From assembly GCF_037042905.1 (NCBI RefSeq), contig NC_087258.1:27838001-27902000 (forward strand): a DNA stretch of 64,000 bases, given 5' to 3'. This DNA comes from Lytechinus pictus. Taxonomy: Eukaryota. Both the position numbers and the translations under genes were made by a program. This document shows positions 27,201-40,587 of this stretch, one piece after another (position 1 is the stretch's first letter; each line of letters starts with the position of its first letter). The notes below the pieces were generated by a model. The model had not been told where the DNA came from and did not search any database. It saw only the letters and a list, made by a program, of their open reading frames with translations.

Positions 27201-27459
27201 CATGTAGCTGATCAATCCACCAAGAGATAGAATCATCAAGTCAGAAAGAAAAAGAGAATCCTATGCCTGAAAATGGAAGAATGCGATCTCCCCTTTTCCA
27301 TTCCATTTCCCTTGTATATTGATCGACAACGACCGTCCCATATTGAAAATATTTTTCTTGTTTGCAAATGGCGTGAAGATAATGTCGTGCAGGTTGCTTC
27401 ATTTGGGGAGAATGGACAGGGGTAAAAGAGCATGTGGTAATGTGACCTACAAGATAGAT

Positions 27460-27660
27460 GCATCAGCAGGGAGAGATGGAGGGATAAAAAGGATGACAAA
27501 AGAGGGAGAAATAAAGAGAAGAAAACAGCAAAAACTGACAGTTGAATAGAGGAAAATAGAGAGAAAAGAGAGGAAGAAAGATAGATAGTGGAGTGGACAG
27601 AAAAGAAAGAGTGAAAGAAAGGGGAAGAGAAGGTATAAAAAGAAAGAAATAGACAAAAAT
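27460..27660. repeat. Purine-rich (GA) low-complexity tract
   Basis: About 200 bp that are mostly A/G on the + strand. Confidence 0.75.
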
Positions 27661-30600
27661 AAATATTCTAGTTCTTCAATAGTTCCATATCATTATCCTC
27701 TATATATTCCTCATCTGACTGCCAATAACCTATATATACACACACAGTATATAATCTCATTATAGCCTTCCACATACAGCTTTCTTATGAAACTTTTCAA
27801 TCTCAATCAATATATTATTCTAGATGATCCTGTCTTGTATGGCTGTAATGATACCTTCACAAACAAAATAAGCATAATTACACCCTCTTAATCAGAAATG
27901 ATGCCAATAGAGAAAATCAAAGGATAAAAGAAACTTGTACAAAATACCAAATTACCGACCATGATCATAATGATGAAATTAGGAGACAAGTGCCATCTGC
28001 ACTACAGCAACTGTCTGCTAAGGAAGGTCAATCTATTTCATGTATTAAATCAACTTATGTCATTTGTAGAAAGGAATGCTCTTGTTTTCATATCATATTA
28101 GTAAGCTATTAATTGCATTACATCAATACAATAAAAACCAGAAGGCTGTAACTCATTTTTGTTCACAAATCAAAATTCTAAACAAAAGTTGCACAAATTG
28201 TGGCTGAATAAACACAATCATTTGCTCATCTAAAGTAGTATGTATAATGTAAAACACATACACAGCGCTCCATGGTATACAACTTCAAAATAGGAATATA
28301 TATCTAGGGACAAATTGACAACGAAATCAAGCCATTTTTTATCATTTTAAATGCCTCATTCATAAACACAAGAGATTGGTTGTTGGCTCTCTGTGGTTGT
28401 TTATGGGAGAAGGGAAGCTTTGATAAATGGATGGATGGATTGAAAAAAAATTAACCTCCTTCTCTTTCAATGTCTAACAAGTTCAAGTCATGTTTGCCCC
28501 TTTCCAAAACAATTTTTCATGCTCTTCAAAAATGTTTCATTTTGATGCAGCTTCTTTGAGAAATTTGGTTTTAAGGAAGGGGAATCTGCATGAAATGATT
28601 AAATCATTTTAGTGTCCCGAAGGATCACATTTCATGTATTCATTATGATCTAACCTTGATATGAAAACATTCTAAATGGAAATATCCACATAATTATTCC
28701 ATCACTTTCTCTCAATTTCTCTCATTTTCTTGCTCATACATTTATCTTTATCTCCACAGATCCTCTGCTCTATAACTACATGTTTTATTCTAAAATCCAT
28801 TTACACAACCTATGCATATCACTTGAATGTAAACACTATAGAGAATAAAAAGACCCAACACATCTCAGCTGAAGACAGTCATGTAGGAATAGCAATAAAT
28901 TGCTTTGCCCTAGTTAATGTTGATTGGGTTTAAGATGAACCCCTTGCATAAGAACAGAAAGTACCAAAACAAGGAAGAGAAATGGTAAAGAAGAAGCAAA
29001 ATTGACTCAAGAAATCAAATAAGACAGAGGGGATAGAAGGAATGAGATGAGAAGCAGCAAATGCAGAAGGCATCAATCATATTTCTCCATCTATCTTCAA
29101 ACCCACACTCACAACGATGTTTCCCCTGTTATCTGATCAAATTTACCTGCAAGCAAGCGAGCAAACATAACGGTTGCCCCCGCCTGCCTTCTTAGTTTTG
29201 TGACAGCGAGGTATCTAACTCTTGGGTAAATATGAAGAATGAAATTGAGAAATCAATAGAATTATGTTGAGATAGTGTTGTCTCCCTTTTACTTCCTTTA
29301 TGCACCTGTCCCAGAATTTCATAAGGCAAGCAGAAAGGGTTGTGAATCAAAAGATGACATTTGACTTTGTGCCTCTATGGATAACAACCAGAAATTCTTT
29401 CTTTTGAGTGACCTAAGGTATGGCAGGAGTGTTTGATTGAATATGGAGGTATAATATTGTCCAGTCAATAGGAAATATAAATGGAATACAAAAAATATTG
29501 TTTCATGATCAGAATACTTTAGGGAATTTTGTATAAAATAATATTCAGCCATACAATGAGGGTACTAATAACTTTAAAAATCTGTTAATCTGTTTAAAGC
29601 CAGAATGATTTGAACCAATATGACTCTATACACAGTAAAGGCTACATTTGCTGTCAGATTTTAAGACAGATGAACAGAATGGTGAAGAGTCAGCAAATAA
29701 CTGTCAGCTCTATACATTATATTAGCTAAAAACATGAATGAATGGCCTTTTTGTATAGTGCCAAACACACAATATGTTACCCTTAAATCCTTTCCTTAAT
29801 CATCAATGATAATGTGTATACTAAAGGGATGTACTTAAGCTTTCAATTTCACTCTTCCAATATCCCATACCCCTTCAAACCAATACGAAGCCTCTCATAT
29901 CTTTAATTAACCCTTTCCATCTCCTTATCAATAAGACTCTCCTCCGGACCACATCTCTTTCATCATGGTATCTACAGCAACCACCATCCGATTGCCTTCC
30001 AAGATTACTTTCAGAGTAGGGTTGACTTTCATCCCGCTGATAAACATGGTTTTCCAACGGTAAACAAATTGTCCCCATTACTGTCATCGTTTCATCCCGA
30101 CCCGTGCCGAATCGGCGCTTGTTACAATTACGCCTACCCCCCAAAATTGGGAATCAGCGCTAAATTCCTGTAGTGTTATTCCCAGTCAAAATCTTGACAG
30201 AGGGTCGCAAGTCTACAAGAAATTGTACACTTTAACAAACCATGCCAATATCGAGTGTATTTGTCTTTTTTTCTTAATGTTTCACATTAACATTTTCTTT
30301 ATATTAGATTGAACTTAACCAAAAATCATGCAATGAACACACCATCTGACTAGAAGGCTAAGATAAAACTTGAATCTATAATCTTAAATTGTTTCTTCAG
30401 TCCTTTGTGCACTGATGTACTCAAAACCACCTTGTACTCCAGTGACTCACGTTGTCGTAGTGTAAAGTGACAAGTCAAACTGGATTGCCCTTGATTACAT
30501 TAAGACGATTGTTTTAATCAAACAGAGAATGAGAGGATTCACCCTATGGAACTACCAGTCATGTATCATGACTACTGGAAACAGTATCTTAAAGCAGAAT

Positions 30601-30825
30601 ATCAACACCCTTGAGGAAGTTTGGATGAGGGTCCTGAAAATACTAAACTACAGAGACACAAAGAGGGGGATATATTGTATAATTTATCTACAGTTGTTCA
30701 AGAAAAAGAGTCTTAAGAGCTAAAAGTAATCATCTAAATCATATAGTTATGGTATTGAATAATCATAATAACGACAAACAACAAAAGAATGAGAGGGTTC
30801 ATAATATGAACCAGAGATGGAAGTA

Positions 30826-31090
30826 AATTTTGACAGGTGTCAAAATTGAGTTCTAAGAGAGAGCTGTCCTACCAGAAAGACCAACAATACATCCAACATG
30901 ACAGACGAATGAAACAGAGCCACTTTGCATCATGAGATTACATCCCTTGACAAGGTCTACAAACTCACGAGAGAGGATGGGTACACGTACGGCTGTCAAA
31001 TTGGCAACACCAAGACAAGGAGGCAGAGAAATGCATACAAAGATGGCTGTCAGATGCTTCTTGCCAAGTTAAGACTGACAAGCGCTGTCA
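30826..31090. promoter_or_regulatory. Homotypic cluster of TALE-homeodomain (Meis/Pknox/TGIF) sites; candidate enhancer
   Basis: Eight TGACA/TGTCA in 260 bp, five of them full TGACAG/CTGTCA, including the dimer site TGACAGGTGTCA at 30831-30842. Confidence 0.5.
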
Positions 31091-32289
31091 TGTGCTTGTT
31101 AAGGTTACAAGTTCAACATCAAGATCAATTTCAAAGTAATCAAAACCTCCTTCCAATCTTGGTTCTCCAAGGAACAACTAGCATCTGCTAAAAAAAACAG
31201 ATGCAGATCAAACTCATAAATTAACATCTACACACATTTATTCAGGATTGTGGCACTAAATCAAATAAAAAAATTATCATGGCTCAAGAAAAGGGATTCT
31301 TATTACTTTCATCTCTTTTATCTGGGGCCATTTTTATCTCGCTTTTTTATGCATTCGGTCAACACAACCAACAGGTTTCGGAAGAAAGCTTCAAAATTAT
31401 TGCTAGATACCTAGAAAACATGTATGTGAATAGAATAATTTAATTAAATATCTTTGTAGCATCTATGATTGTTCAAAATAATAAATCATGATCTAACTAC
31501 CTTTACAATTAGTGAAATGTTTAGTTGGTTTTTTTTTACAAATTACTCCCCACCCTCCCTCTCCCCCAAGAAAAAAAAGTATCTGAGAACTGTAAGTATG
31601 GTACTCATGCACGTGAGGGATATAAAAAAACAGAACAAAGTAGTTTGCAATGCATCGTTAAGAAAAATAAATGAATGTGCCATTGTTTGAGTGTACTTCA
31701 AATACCAGCCAATGAAGAATGTTAGAAGTTGAGATTTCCCTTCTATATATGAATGCATTAATATCTTTGTTTATTTACTTTTTATGTACAAAATGGTCCA
31801 TACAACCCCCAAGGATACACACGCTCAAGGAGGCGACCTTGATATATTATTACTACAGCCTATAGAAATAAGTGCATTATGATTTATATGTGATAGGGTA
31901 GGACAAAATTGACACATTTCAATAATTATGTTCAGTTTGCTAAAGGTCACTGTATTTTACCTTGGCAATGGCAATAGGGAAGGGAGACTTGATTTAGCAA
32001 TTATCGTAACATTCAACAAAAATAATAAGACGTCTCTTACCTGTTTTTTTAAGAGATGAATGATCAAAGATTGGTGCATGTGAACAAGACATGAAAGAGA
32101 AAAGCAGAAACAAAAGAAAATCTGGTTAATTATTAAATTTTTACTAAATAAAAAGATTGATTTATAAATATATAATAAACTGCTTAATCTAGACATAAGA
32201 CTATAACTGCTAGATAGTATTTTATTTATTCGAAGATACCTTGACTTCTCTTGTAAACCTTAACTTCTTTGTCATCCCATTTAGAAGGT

Positions 32290-33053
32290 TCTCTTCCCCA
32301 CCCCCCCCCCCCACACACACACACACCCTCTCCCTCTTATTTAACTTTCTCTCTTTATCATCTCCTTCTCAATCTCTTACACCTACCATCTTATTCCTTC
32401 AACCCTTTCATTTCAAAAGAGTATTCCACTCACACATTCTATTTCTGACCCCGTTTCTTCCCCCTAATTCCTCAATAAAGATATGACACACTCATTTACA
32501 CCTCCTCTCAAACTATTGTATCCATGGAATCCATTAGACTTTCCTTTCCCATTAGAGTTTGGCGTCACTTCATTCCATCTCAATGGTTCTTCTATCTCCC
32601 TCACGTAGGAAAATAATTTCTTTAATGCTTTGCGCTTGACCGAAGATTGTGCTAACCTCCTCACAAACTCTCTTTCTCTCTCTATCTGTCTCTTATTATC
32701 TCTATCTCTTTCACTCCAAACCCTTCCTTTTTGCCCACTGCTCTCTGCTTTCACCCTCTCTATCATGTAGACTGCTATTCATCAATCTCTCTCTTTTCTT
32801 CCATCTATCCTATGCAACTTACTTCCCCTCCCACTCCACTGTTATTCATTCACTCATTCCTTCCCTATACTCTCCCTCCGGTCCCATTCTGCCCCCCCCC
32901 CCCATTGCTCCTTCCCTGTATCCTCCCTCCGATACCACTCCCCCTCCCCCTCCCCACCAGTCCGTCCCCCACCCTTGCGTCTTCTCTCTACTCACCGCTC
33001 TTCCCTTTTCTCTCCCATCTCTCCCTCCCACCCTCATTCCCCCAACCCAACCA
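32290..33053. repeat. Long C/T-rich low-complexity region (G-rich on the Eph sense strand)
   Basis: Poly-C runs at 32301 and 32892, (CA)n, (CT)n and CCCCT repeats. Confidence 0.8.
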
Positions 33054-33062
33054 GGTCTCACC

Positions 33063-33247
33063 TAGTCTGCAGGCACAGACCCTGAGGCTGATTGGAACTT
33101 TGATCAATAAGTGTGCCTCCACGCAAAGACTAGCACATACAAAACTTGCTGTTCCAATACAGAGCGAGAGAGCCTTCAGTACACAAGGCATGAGTAGGCT
33201 GCACATTCAGACCCTTAACTCGAGTGAAGGGTTTGCCCAGCAGACTA
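33063..33247. mobile_element. 185-bp non-autonomous DNA transposon with 9-bp TSD and TAG...CTA termini (AcademH-like)
   Basis: GGTCTCACC directly repeated at 33054-33062 and 33248-33256. TIRs TAGTCTGCAGGCACAGACCCT / AGGGTTTGCCCAGCAGACTA. Confidence 0.75.
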
Positions 33248-33771
33248 GGTCTCACCCACATTCAATTCATCCATTCATTCATTCATGTCACTGATCTCTT
33301 CATGATTTCTCCATCTATCCACATACCAACGCTCCCTAGCAACCAACACAGATCACAACCAACATCAAAGGTTACCAAGAGAAAGTCATACCGTCCATGC
33401 ATCACTTTGGTAAACATAACATTTGAATGAACTTGAAACATAGAGCTTTACCACTACAAGTTACAATAAGAGCCTCTGGTAGTATTTCATTAAAAATTGA
33501 AAGTCACACATGTACATACATCTTGGGGAAGGATATATGCCAAAGGGAACAGTTCTTCCATTGCATTGGTGAACATAACATTTGTATGAACTTGAAACAT
33601 CTTATTAAGATGTTGATTGAATAGAGTGCTATTGAGGAGTAAGAAATGAAGAAATATAGGTTCAAATCTGAAAAATATAATATACACAGACTTACACAGC
33701 TATAAGTAAGGCATTAAAGAAAGTAAATGATTATTTCTAATACTAAATACTTTTCAATTATAATTCCGATA

Positions 33772-33817
33772 AAATCCAACTGGGTAGATATGAACTTCAC
33801 CTGGGTTGAGTGCAGCA
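33772..33817 (-). mobile_element. Possible short SINE core fragment
   Basis: Minus strand TGCTGCACTCAACCCAGGTGA...TACCCAGTTGGATT resembles, from memory, the central domain of echinoderm tRNA-derived SINEs. No A/B boxes present. Confidence 0.3.
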
Positions 33818-36800
33818 AAATACAAGAAAATTTGAAAAATGATTTAGCACCATTTAGTATTAGCTAAATGAATAATACGTCCCGTCTAGTACGGGCATAT
33901 AAAAAGCTCTTTTGCCGCAGAAAACAAGCTTTAAAGACTAAAATGTCGATAATTCCCATTACCAATTGAATGATACATATTTCTTGGGCTATTAACAGAC
34001 CAACCTTCAGACCAAATCAGTGTTCCTTACAGATGAAAAAGAATATTTGGTGCCTGGTAAAATCATAATCTTAAATTGAAAGGGTCAGTTATCAACCCCC
34101 TCTATTGAAAAAGACTTAATTCAAAACGGATATCGTCTCTGAAGGGGACTTTTATATATCCCTATTGCGAGTGTATTGTGAGTGCGAAAAACAGACTTGG
34201 CTCTCATCATACACATGCATTCCTATGAAATATTTCCCTCCATGGAATATTTTCCTCATAAAGACCCTCACTTTTAACCTTGCCTTTGAAGAGGAGCTTC
34301 TTTCATGAGGATCTTCCTTATTCATAGCTATAACTCAAAAAAGCTCTTCATGTAAATTCCTCCATTAATTCCCCATCTCTGAAAGGAACAGTAATATGAT
34401 TACGATAAAATGCCAGTCCCCGGCTCTCTTCTTGAGTTGGAAGAATTAATGAAAGGAGAGATTCAAGAAGAGTGTGTTTATTGTGTGATGATATGAATGA
34501 TTTCTCATGTGTGTGTCACCTTGGATACTACAGGTTATTGAGATGCAATAAGTGCATTTTTATGCATGTATACTTGTGTTTGGTGTGTTGATATTCCATA
34601 TTGGTAGAATGGTAGTGGCAGACCTATGTAGTTCTTACTCCATGATGTCAAGAAGATGCTTTTTTGTAGATCTCAATGACATAATATGCAGGGTAATATG
34701 ATACACATACTATGCAGGGATATACTTAAAAGCTGGAAAAATTCTAGCAGATAGGCCTACAGTGTTGCGGCAAAGCTCAGACATTTCTGGTTTGGTTGTA
34801 GGCCCTAATCAGTTGGGTTTTTTTTCAGTGTTGTTTCCTCTGTTATTTTATTAATTTCTCGACATGAAAATAGGCCTAAATCTTTAAAATAACAATCAAA
34901 TGTACTTTTAAAATCCTCAAATCGAAACTTGAAAGTTAAACACCATGACCATGCTCAACCAGAAAGTTGCATCACAACACTTAAAAAACAATCCTGTATG
35001 CAGGCATGTACATGAAAATAAATACATAGCAACTGATTCTAGTACATAGCTCACTGTAGATAAACCAACATGATATGCTCATGAGGGGGTCAGAATCATA
35101 ATGTAACATATCCGGAATGTACATAGAACTAATTCTATTCCAACTCAATCCCTTCCAGGTCTTCATGTTGACTCAAAGAAATTGAGTCTACATGCGATAT
35201 TATGATTGCTAGACTCAAAATCAGTCACCAAGATATCGCACCCACATAACCATACGGTATGGAAACATAGAGTTCAGAAAAGACTGGTCACAAAGGCTAG
35301 GAGTGTAGCATGAATGTTGCTATAGACAAAGAGAAGGTGTTCGGATGGTGACGATAGATGTATTTGGTTTCATTCGCGCTCTACAAACAAGGAAAATATT
35401 TTCGTACCCCTAGTCCTTACCAACACCTATTTGCTTCAGTGCAGACACAACAGGTCGACCATGTGCAAATATTAATGTTAACACAAGTTGACTACAGATC
35501 AAATTACACTCATGTGTATTGAATAAATGAAGAATAGAAGTCCCAATCAACTTTCAAATAACAAATTGTTAAATTAATTGAAAATAGGAAATTATATAAA
35601 AAAATACAATGACATTGCCCAAGTGCTAATGCATTTAACTAAAAATTGTGCATGGTTTTGTAAAACAGGCAACTCAGTTTTTATTTAGAATGGATTGCTA
35701 TCTTTGTTATTATGCATATTTTCTAGAAAGCCATAGGGCCAAAGGCCTGTTGTCTGTTTGATCACAGACAAAAAATTATTTTTTAAATATCTGTAGTTTT
35801 ATTGATAAAATGAAAGCAAATAAAGAAAATTCACAAATATATTCATGATCAACATTTGAAGCAAAAATACAACTGACCCAATATAACATCTTGTTAAATG
35901 TTGACATGGTTATTCACTCATAGTACCGACTATGCTCGTGCAACTGCTAAAATGATTGCCATTAAAATGAACAGAACAATATATCAATATACAGCACTAT
36001 CCATTTCTCATTTTCTGAATATGTTTTTAATCTCATACTGCCTTCGCTCTGACGATGCCTTTGATGATCAATGAACATGGGAACTATTAATAGCGATTCC
36101 ATTCAGATCGATCGTACCTCTGTAATAATTCACAGCAAGTCGGTTGACATCAAACCATGTAGGTGAGGTTGGTATGAAATATACCGACCAACACTCGATC
36201 AATACATCACTGAGGAAGAACACTGGTAACTGCCAGAGGTTTTACCTCGGTCACAACAGGGTAAGGGGAGGGAAGCATTTCAAACCAAGAAACAAATATG
36301 ATTCTGATATTACTATGTCCATCAACAAGCAATGAAAGGAAGTCCATGAACTTGGTATTTTGGTCTGACATGTGTAAATTAAACCAGGGATAAATATTAA
36401 TTTTGTTTTGGTCATGGATTTCTCTGAGGGGCTGGTGATAAACAAGTCAGGGGGAGTGAGAGCTGAAAAGAGAATATTGAGATTTCATCAGGAAGATATG
36501 AGAGTAATACGGCATAGAAAATAAATTTAAATTGCTATAATCACCCTTGTCCATTTTATGAATAGAACTTTGATAACTAGTATTCTCTGCAGAAACATTT
36601 TCGGACACGATTCATGACATGCCTACACACTTTTTAATAATAGACTTTAATTTTTAATAACAACTCATGCTTATCACATAAAGATAGACATACACAGACA
36701 AACTCAACTGTTTTGTTATTTAAAAGCAAATATGTTCCTCGTATTCAGAAAAGCATCTAGATCCAAACCATACAGACGTATTGATTTGTGGTAAAATTCA

Positions 36801-36999
36801 TGCCCAATTTCCCGTCCAGTGAAAAATGCTAAAACAAATAAAATGATACCATGGTAAAGGGATTCAAATGATTAGAATGTAATATCATACTACTATACCC
36901 TGCTCCCACGTCAGTGGTTAGGTATCAACACACCAAATCATATGCAATTCATTACTGCATAAAACTATGGGGTGGGAGGATTGTACTACATCACAAGGA

Positions 37000-37190
37000 G
37001 GAAACAGAGAGTGTTGAGAGTGGGAGGAGGAACAAGATAGGAGAAGAAGAAAAGATGGGGAGGGAATGAACTACATAGGCTCACACTACATCTCAGGAGG
37101 AAAAAGAGAAAAGAGAAGAAAGAAGAAAAGAGATGGAATCTGAAAGAGCAAGAGTAAAAAACAGAAAAGTACAGAGAGAAGGAGAGCGAT
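37000..37190. repeat. Purine-rich (GA) low-complexity tract
   Basis: A/G-dominated stretch on the + strand. Confidence 0.7.
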
Positions 37191-39603
37191 TTCTCTGGTT
37201 AATGTAGCTTGAAATATGTTGTATTCACTTAGGGAATGTCTCATGAGAAATACATGTAAGGACAGTCTTGGACAGGCAACAAGCCAAGATGACATTGTGT
37301 TCAGACTGAATTTGGGCTCCTCTATCTTGCTGCTTATAACAAGGCTCTTGTACATCTCATGAATGGGAGAGGTGCTTGACCCTCACAAACTGTTGAAAAG
37401 TTAAAAAGGGAAAATTAGTTTGGGGGACATAATTTAGTGAATTCCCCTTCCCATTTTGGAAATGGACAAGATAAAGAGAATAATCATTAAAAAGGGAAAA
37501 CAACAAAATCTCAACATAATGGAGCTAGGCCTACTTTGATTTACAACTTAATTAATAAAACTTGGAGAGACTATTATTTGCTTTTTTAATAAAGGGGATT
37601 TCGGGGGTGTGTATTACCAGTCTCATCAGCACAATTATTTAAGAAATTTGATATAGGATTTGATTGAGTTAATAGCTCATAACATTATTTTGGCAATGAA
37701 AGAATGATTTTCAGGTTTGATAATCCATCTCCTTGAAAAATAAACACAGATATTGATACTAAAACATTGCAGCACACCCAAAAGCAATGAATTAACATTT
37801 TGAATCCCATTTTTTGCCTTTGCAGTTTAATCCACCTAAACATTCTCCAGTGATGCATTCTGAAGTAAATCTTGGGGGCATATTCCTGAAAAGGTCACCT
37901 CTATGTAAACAATGTGTGAAGAAAATTGCTTTTCTCCAAGGCAAAGGCTAGACTCTTTCACAGGTCCCTGATAGACAATCACGCCTAGACAATGCAAGCA
38001 CCATGTACTAGTAATGGAATGATTCCTTCAAAACTCCTGGTCTTGCAGTCTACATCCTGAACACTTGAAGGAGAAAGTGACTTTATGAGAGAAGGAGATA
38101 TCAACTTCAAGAAACCAGTTTGATTCAGAACATGAAACCAACAATAGTCTCAATATAAGACTTAGTTCCTTATATGGCAAATATACAACCTAGATTACAT
38201 AAACGATCAATGATCCCCCTTTAATCAGGAAAATTATAATACAGAGGAACATATATGATTAAATTATGTTTATCATACATTTATCAGCTTTTTAATTAAT
38301 ATTATTTTACACTATTTCCTCTTAAAAGGAACAAAATACTCAGGCGAGCTGCTGAATCACTTATCAGATATGCTTTATATAGAAGAGAGAAATTTTACAA
38401 CCAAAATCTTTCCATGCTATTCTCTAGTGATTTCTAGTTATAGAAACTAAATTTATGTTTCTGTGCCACAAATCTGATTAAGAATGCTATCTTACAAGAG
38501 TAATATAGAATCATAAATTAACCTGACCTATATACACGACTGACTACTATGTCCTAAAGGAATCATGAAATCTACAATCTTATTGTAATGAAAACAGGAC
38601 ATTCATCATCATATATCAATATCAATCTTCCAAAAGTAAAATCTTCTTTGGTGAATGAACCATTATGACAAAATTCCTTTAAATTATTTCTGGCTACTTA
38701 AAAAGTAACTGTGTCTCCGTGTCATCATGAATATTCTGATCTAATTCTGTGAAGTTGATAGTTTAGGTAACCCAATTGCATAATGAACTCAGTTCCTGAA
38801 AGATTTTCATGTAAGAGCTGGAACATCTTTTTTTTATTCAATACTCATCATTGATTATATCCTTTACAAAATTATTAGGTTTCAGTTTGATCAAATTTGG
38901 TAGATAGCCTACATATTCTAGTGCTTAAAAGGCAAATAAAAATGTCAATATTTGATAAAAACATGAATCTGAGGCCAAGAAATAAATAAATACATGAAAA
39001 AGGGATACATGACTAACTAATTAAAGAATTTATTCCTTGAATCACAAAAGTGCAACAGTTGCCCCGCTAAAGCCAAGGTAAAAAAGTTACAATTTGCACT
39101 TAGAGATGTCTGAGTAAGTAGGTGACAAGTATAATTATTATAACCATTAATAAGGAGTCAGTTACATAAGAAATCTGTTTATATTATAGAAAGTCTCTTG
39201 GTATCGACTACAGAAACATACTTTTTCATTATTTTTGATATTTCATTTTTAACCTGAATTGGAAGTGAGGGCTGAACCCAGACTACTTTATCAAATCTCT
39301 TTATGAATAAACATTCCCCGCTCTGATAATGTCTCAAATATAGATTGAAACAGGGTGAAAAAATACTACAAACTTGTTTTCTAAACCATAACCTTGGCAT
39401 CACAGGTTCAATTAACCATTAGCCCAGACGGGCACCCATCCCCTACTGTTCTTAGATATTAAAACCCAATTGGCCATGTCTGTATTATCATAACCGTGGT
39501 CTAGAGCCAGTCTGGAGCGGAGTAAGGGGGTAGCACCCTGATGTGGACAACACCTTGTGATGATAAGCTCAGGTTTCTTAAGGTGTTAAGTTTAAGAAGA
39601 ATA

Positions 39604-39830
39604 CACTATAAAACCTATGGTGTTAATTACACCAGTGAGCTAGTGTTGGGGCTGTGCCTTCAGGTGTTAACATTACACTTTAGAGATATAATGCCAAATA
39701 GTGTCACTATAACAAAGGGTTCTAACACCACTGGATGCTGAACTAACACCATCAACGTAACACTGGTGTAAAATGCTTGGTGCAATCCTCTCAGAATACT
39801 GACTAGTGTAAATACACCGAGTTTACTATG
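39604..39830. mobile_element. Degraded 227-bp MITE with CACT-type terminus and TA flanks (CACTA/EnSpm-like)
   Basis: TA|CACTATAAAACCTATGGTGTTAATTACACCAGT ... ACTAGTGTAAATACACCGAGTTTACTATG|TA; many internal AACAC/GTGTT motifs. Confidence 0.55.
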
Positions 39831-40189
39831 TAAAGCCTTATCTTATCTTGCACTTATTTGAAAGACAGGATTCAATATGAACCATGCGCTTCATGTTGCC
39901 GACAGGGTCTACGTACTGCAGCATTTATTTTCACAAATAAGCATACTCACTACAGGCCTATGTAGGATATTAATAATAGTTTGTTGTTTGTGTTCTGCCT
40001 TCTGAGCTTGTCAATGAAGAGAGAATGCTTTCAAACAGAGTCCCATGAACAGTTGCGATTGATTCGATCAATCTCAACAATGGCAAACCAGCAGCTCCAA
40101 TATCTAGAATGCATATTCAAAGAGTTTTCTGCAAATGATACATTCACAGACTCATCCTCTTTGTTTTCAAAAGGGTGTTATGTACATTT

Positions 40190-40587
40190 GGGCGATTCCA
40201 TACGTGTCGTACGGGACATTTCGTCAACAATTTCTAGTCTCTTAGCTGATTGCTTGAGCAATGAAAAATTATTTTTAGTCAATAATAAAGTTATAGCGGG
40301 TAGTCATGTGAAAAACTGATTATCAACACAAAATATTTGATTATGGCTGAATTAAGGGCGAATATGTTGTGTGTTGTACGGGACTCAGAAATGTCCCGTA
40401 CGACACGCAACATTTTCACCTCTTATTCACTCATGGACAGCATATTTTTGTTGGTTGTCATTTTTTTACATGTCTACCCAGTAGTACTCTATTATTACCA
40501 CAAAACAAATTGAAGTTCTTCATTTGTTTGGACAATAGGTTGAAAAATGTTTCGAAAATAGCTGATTTTTCTAGCATGGAATCGCCC
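40190..40587. mobile_element. 398-bp fold-back MITE with 4-bp ATTT TSD (Sola-like)
   Basis: Perfect 12-bp TIRs GGGCGATTCCAT / ATGGAATCGCCC; ATTT at 40186-40189 and 40588-40591; the interior is a long imperfect palindrome centred near 40389. Confidence 0.85.

Noticed and set aside
32030-32050. CAG|GTAAGA on the minus strand (also TAG|GTGAGT at ~22363)
   Set aside because: Preceded by A/purine-rich sequence with no pyrimidine tract, so not ratchet points.
33860-34102. Possible Sola-like fragment ending TTATCAACCCCCTC
   Set aside because: No matching left terminus or TSD found.
35164-35194. 13-bp-stem hairpin; similar short hairpins at ~3720-3758 and ~58800-58815
   Set aside because: Too short for pre-miRNAs and no match to miRNAs I recognise; probably chance or TE remnants.
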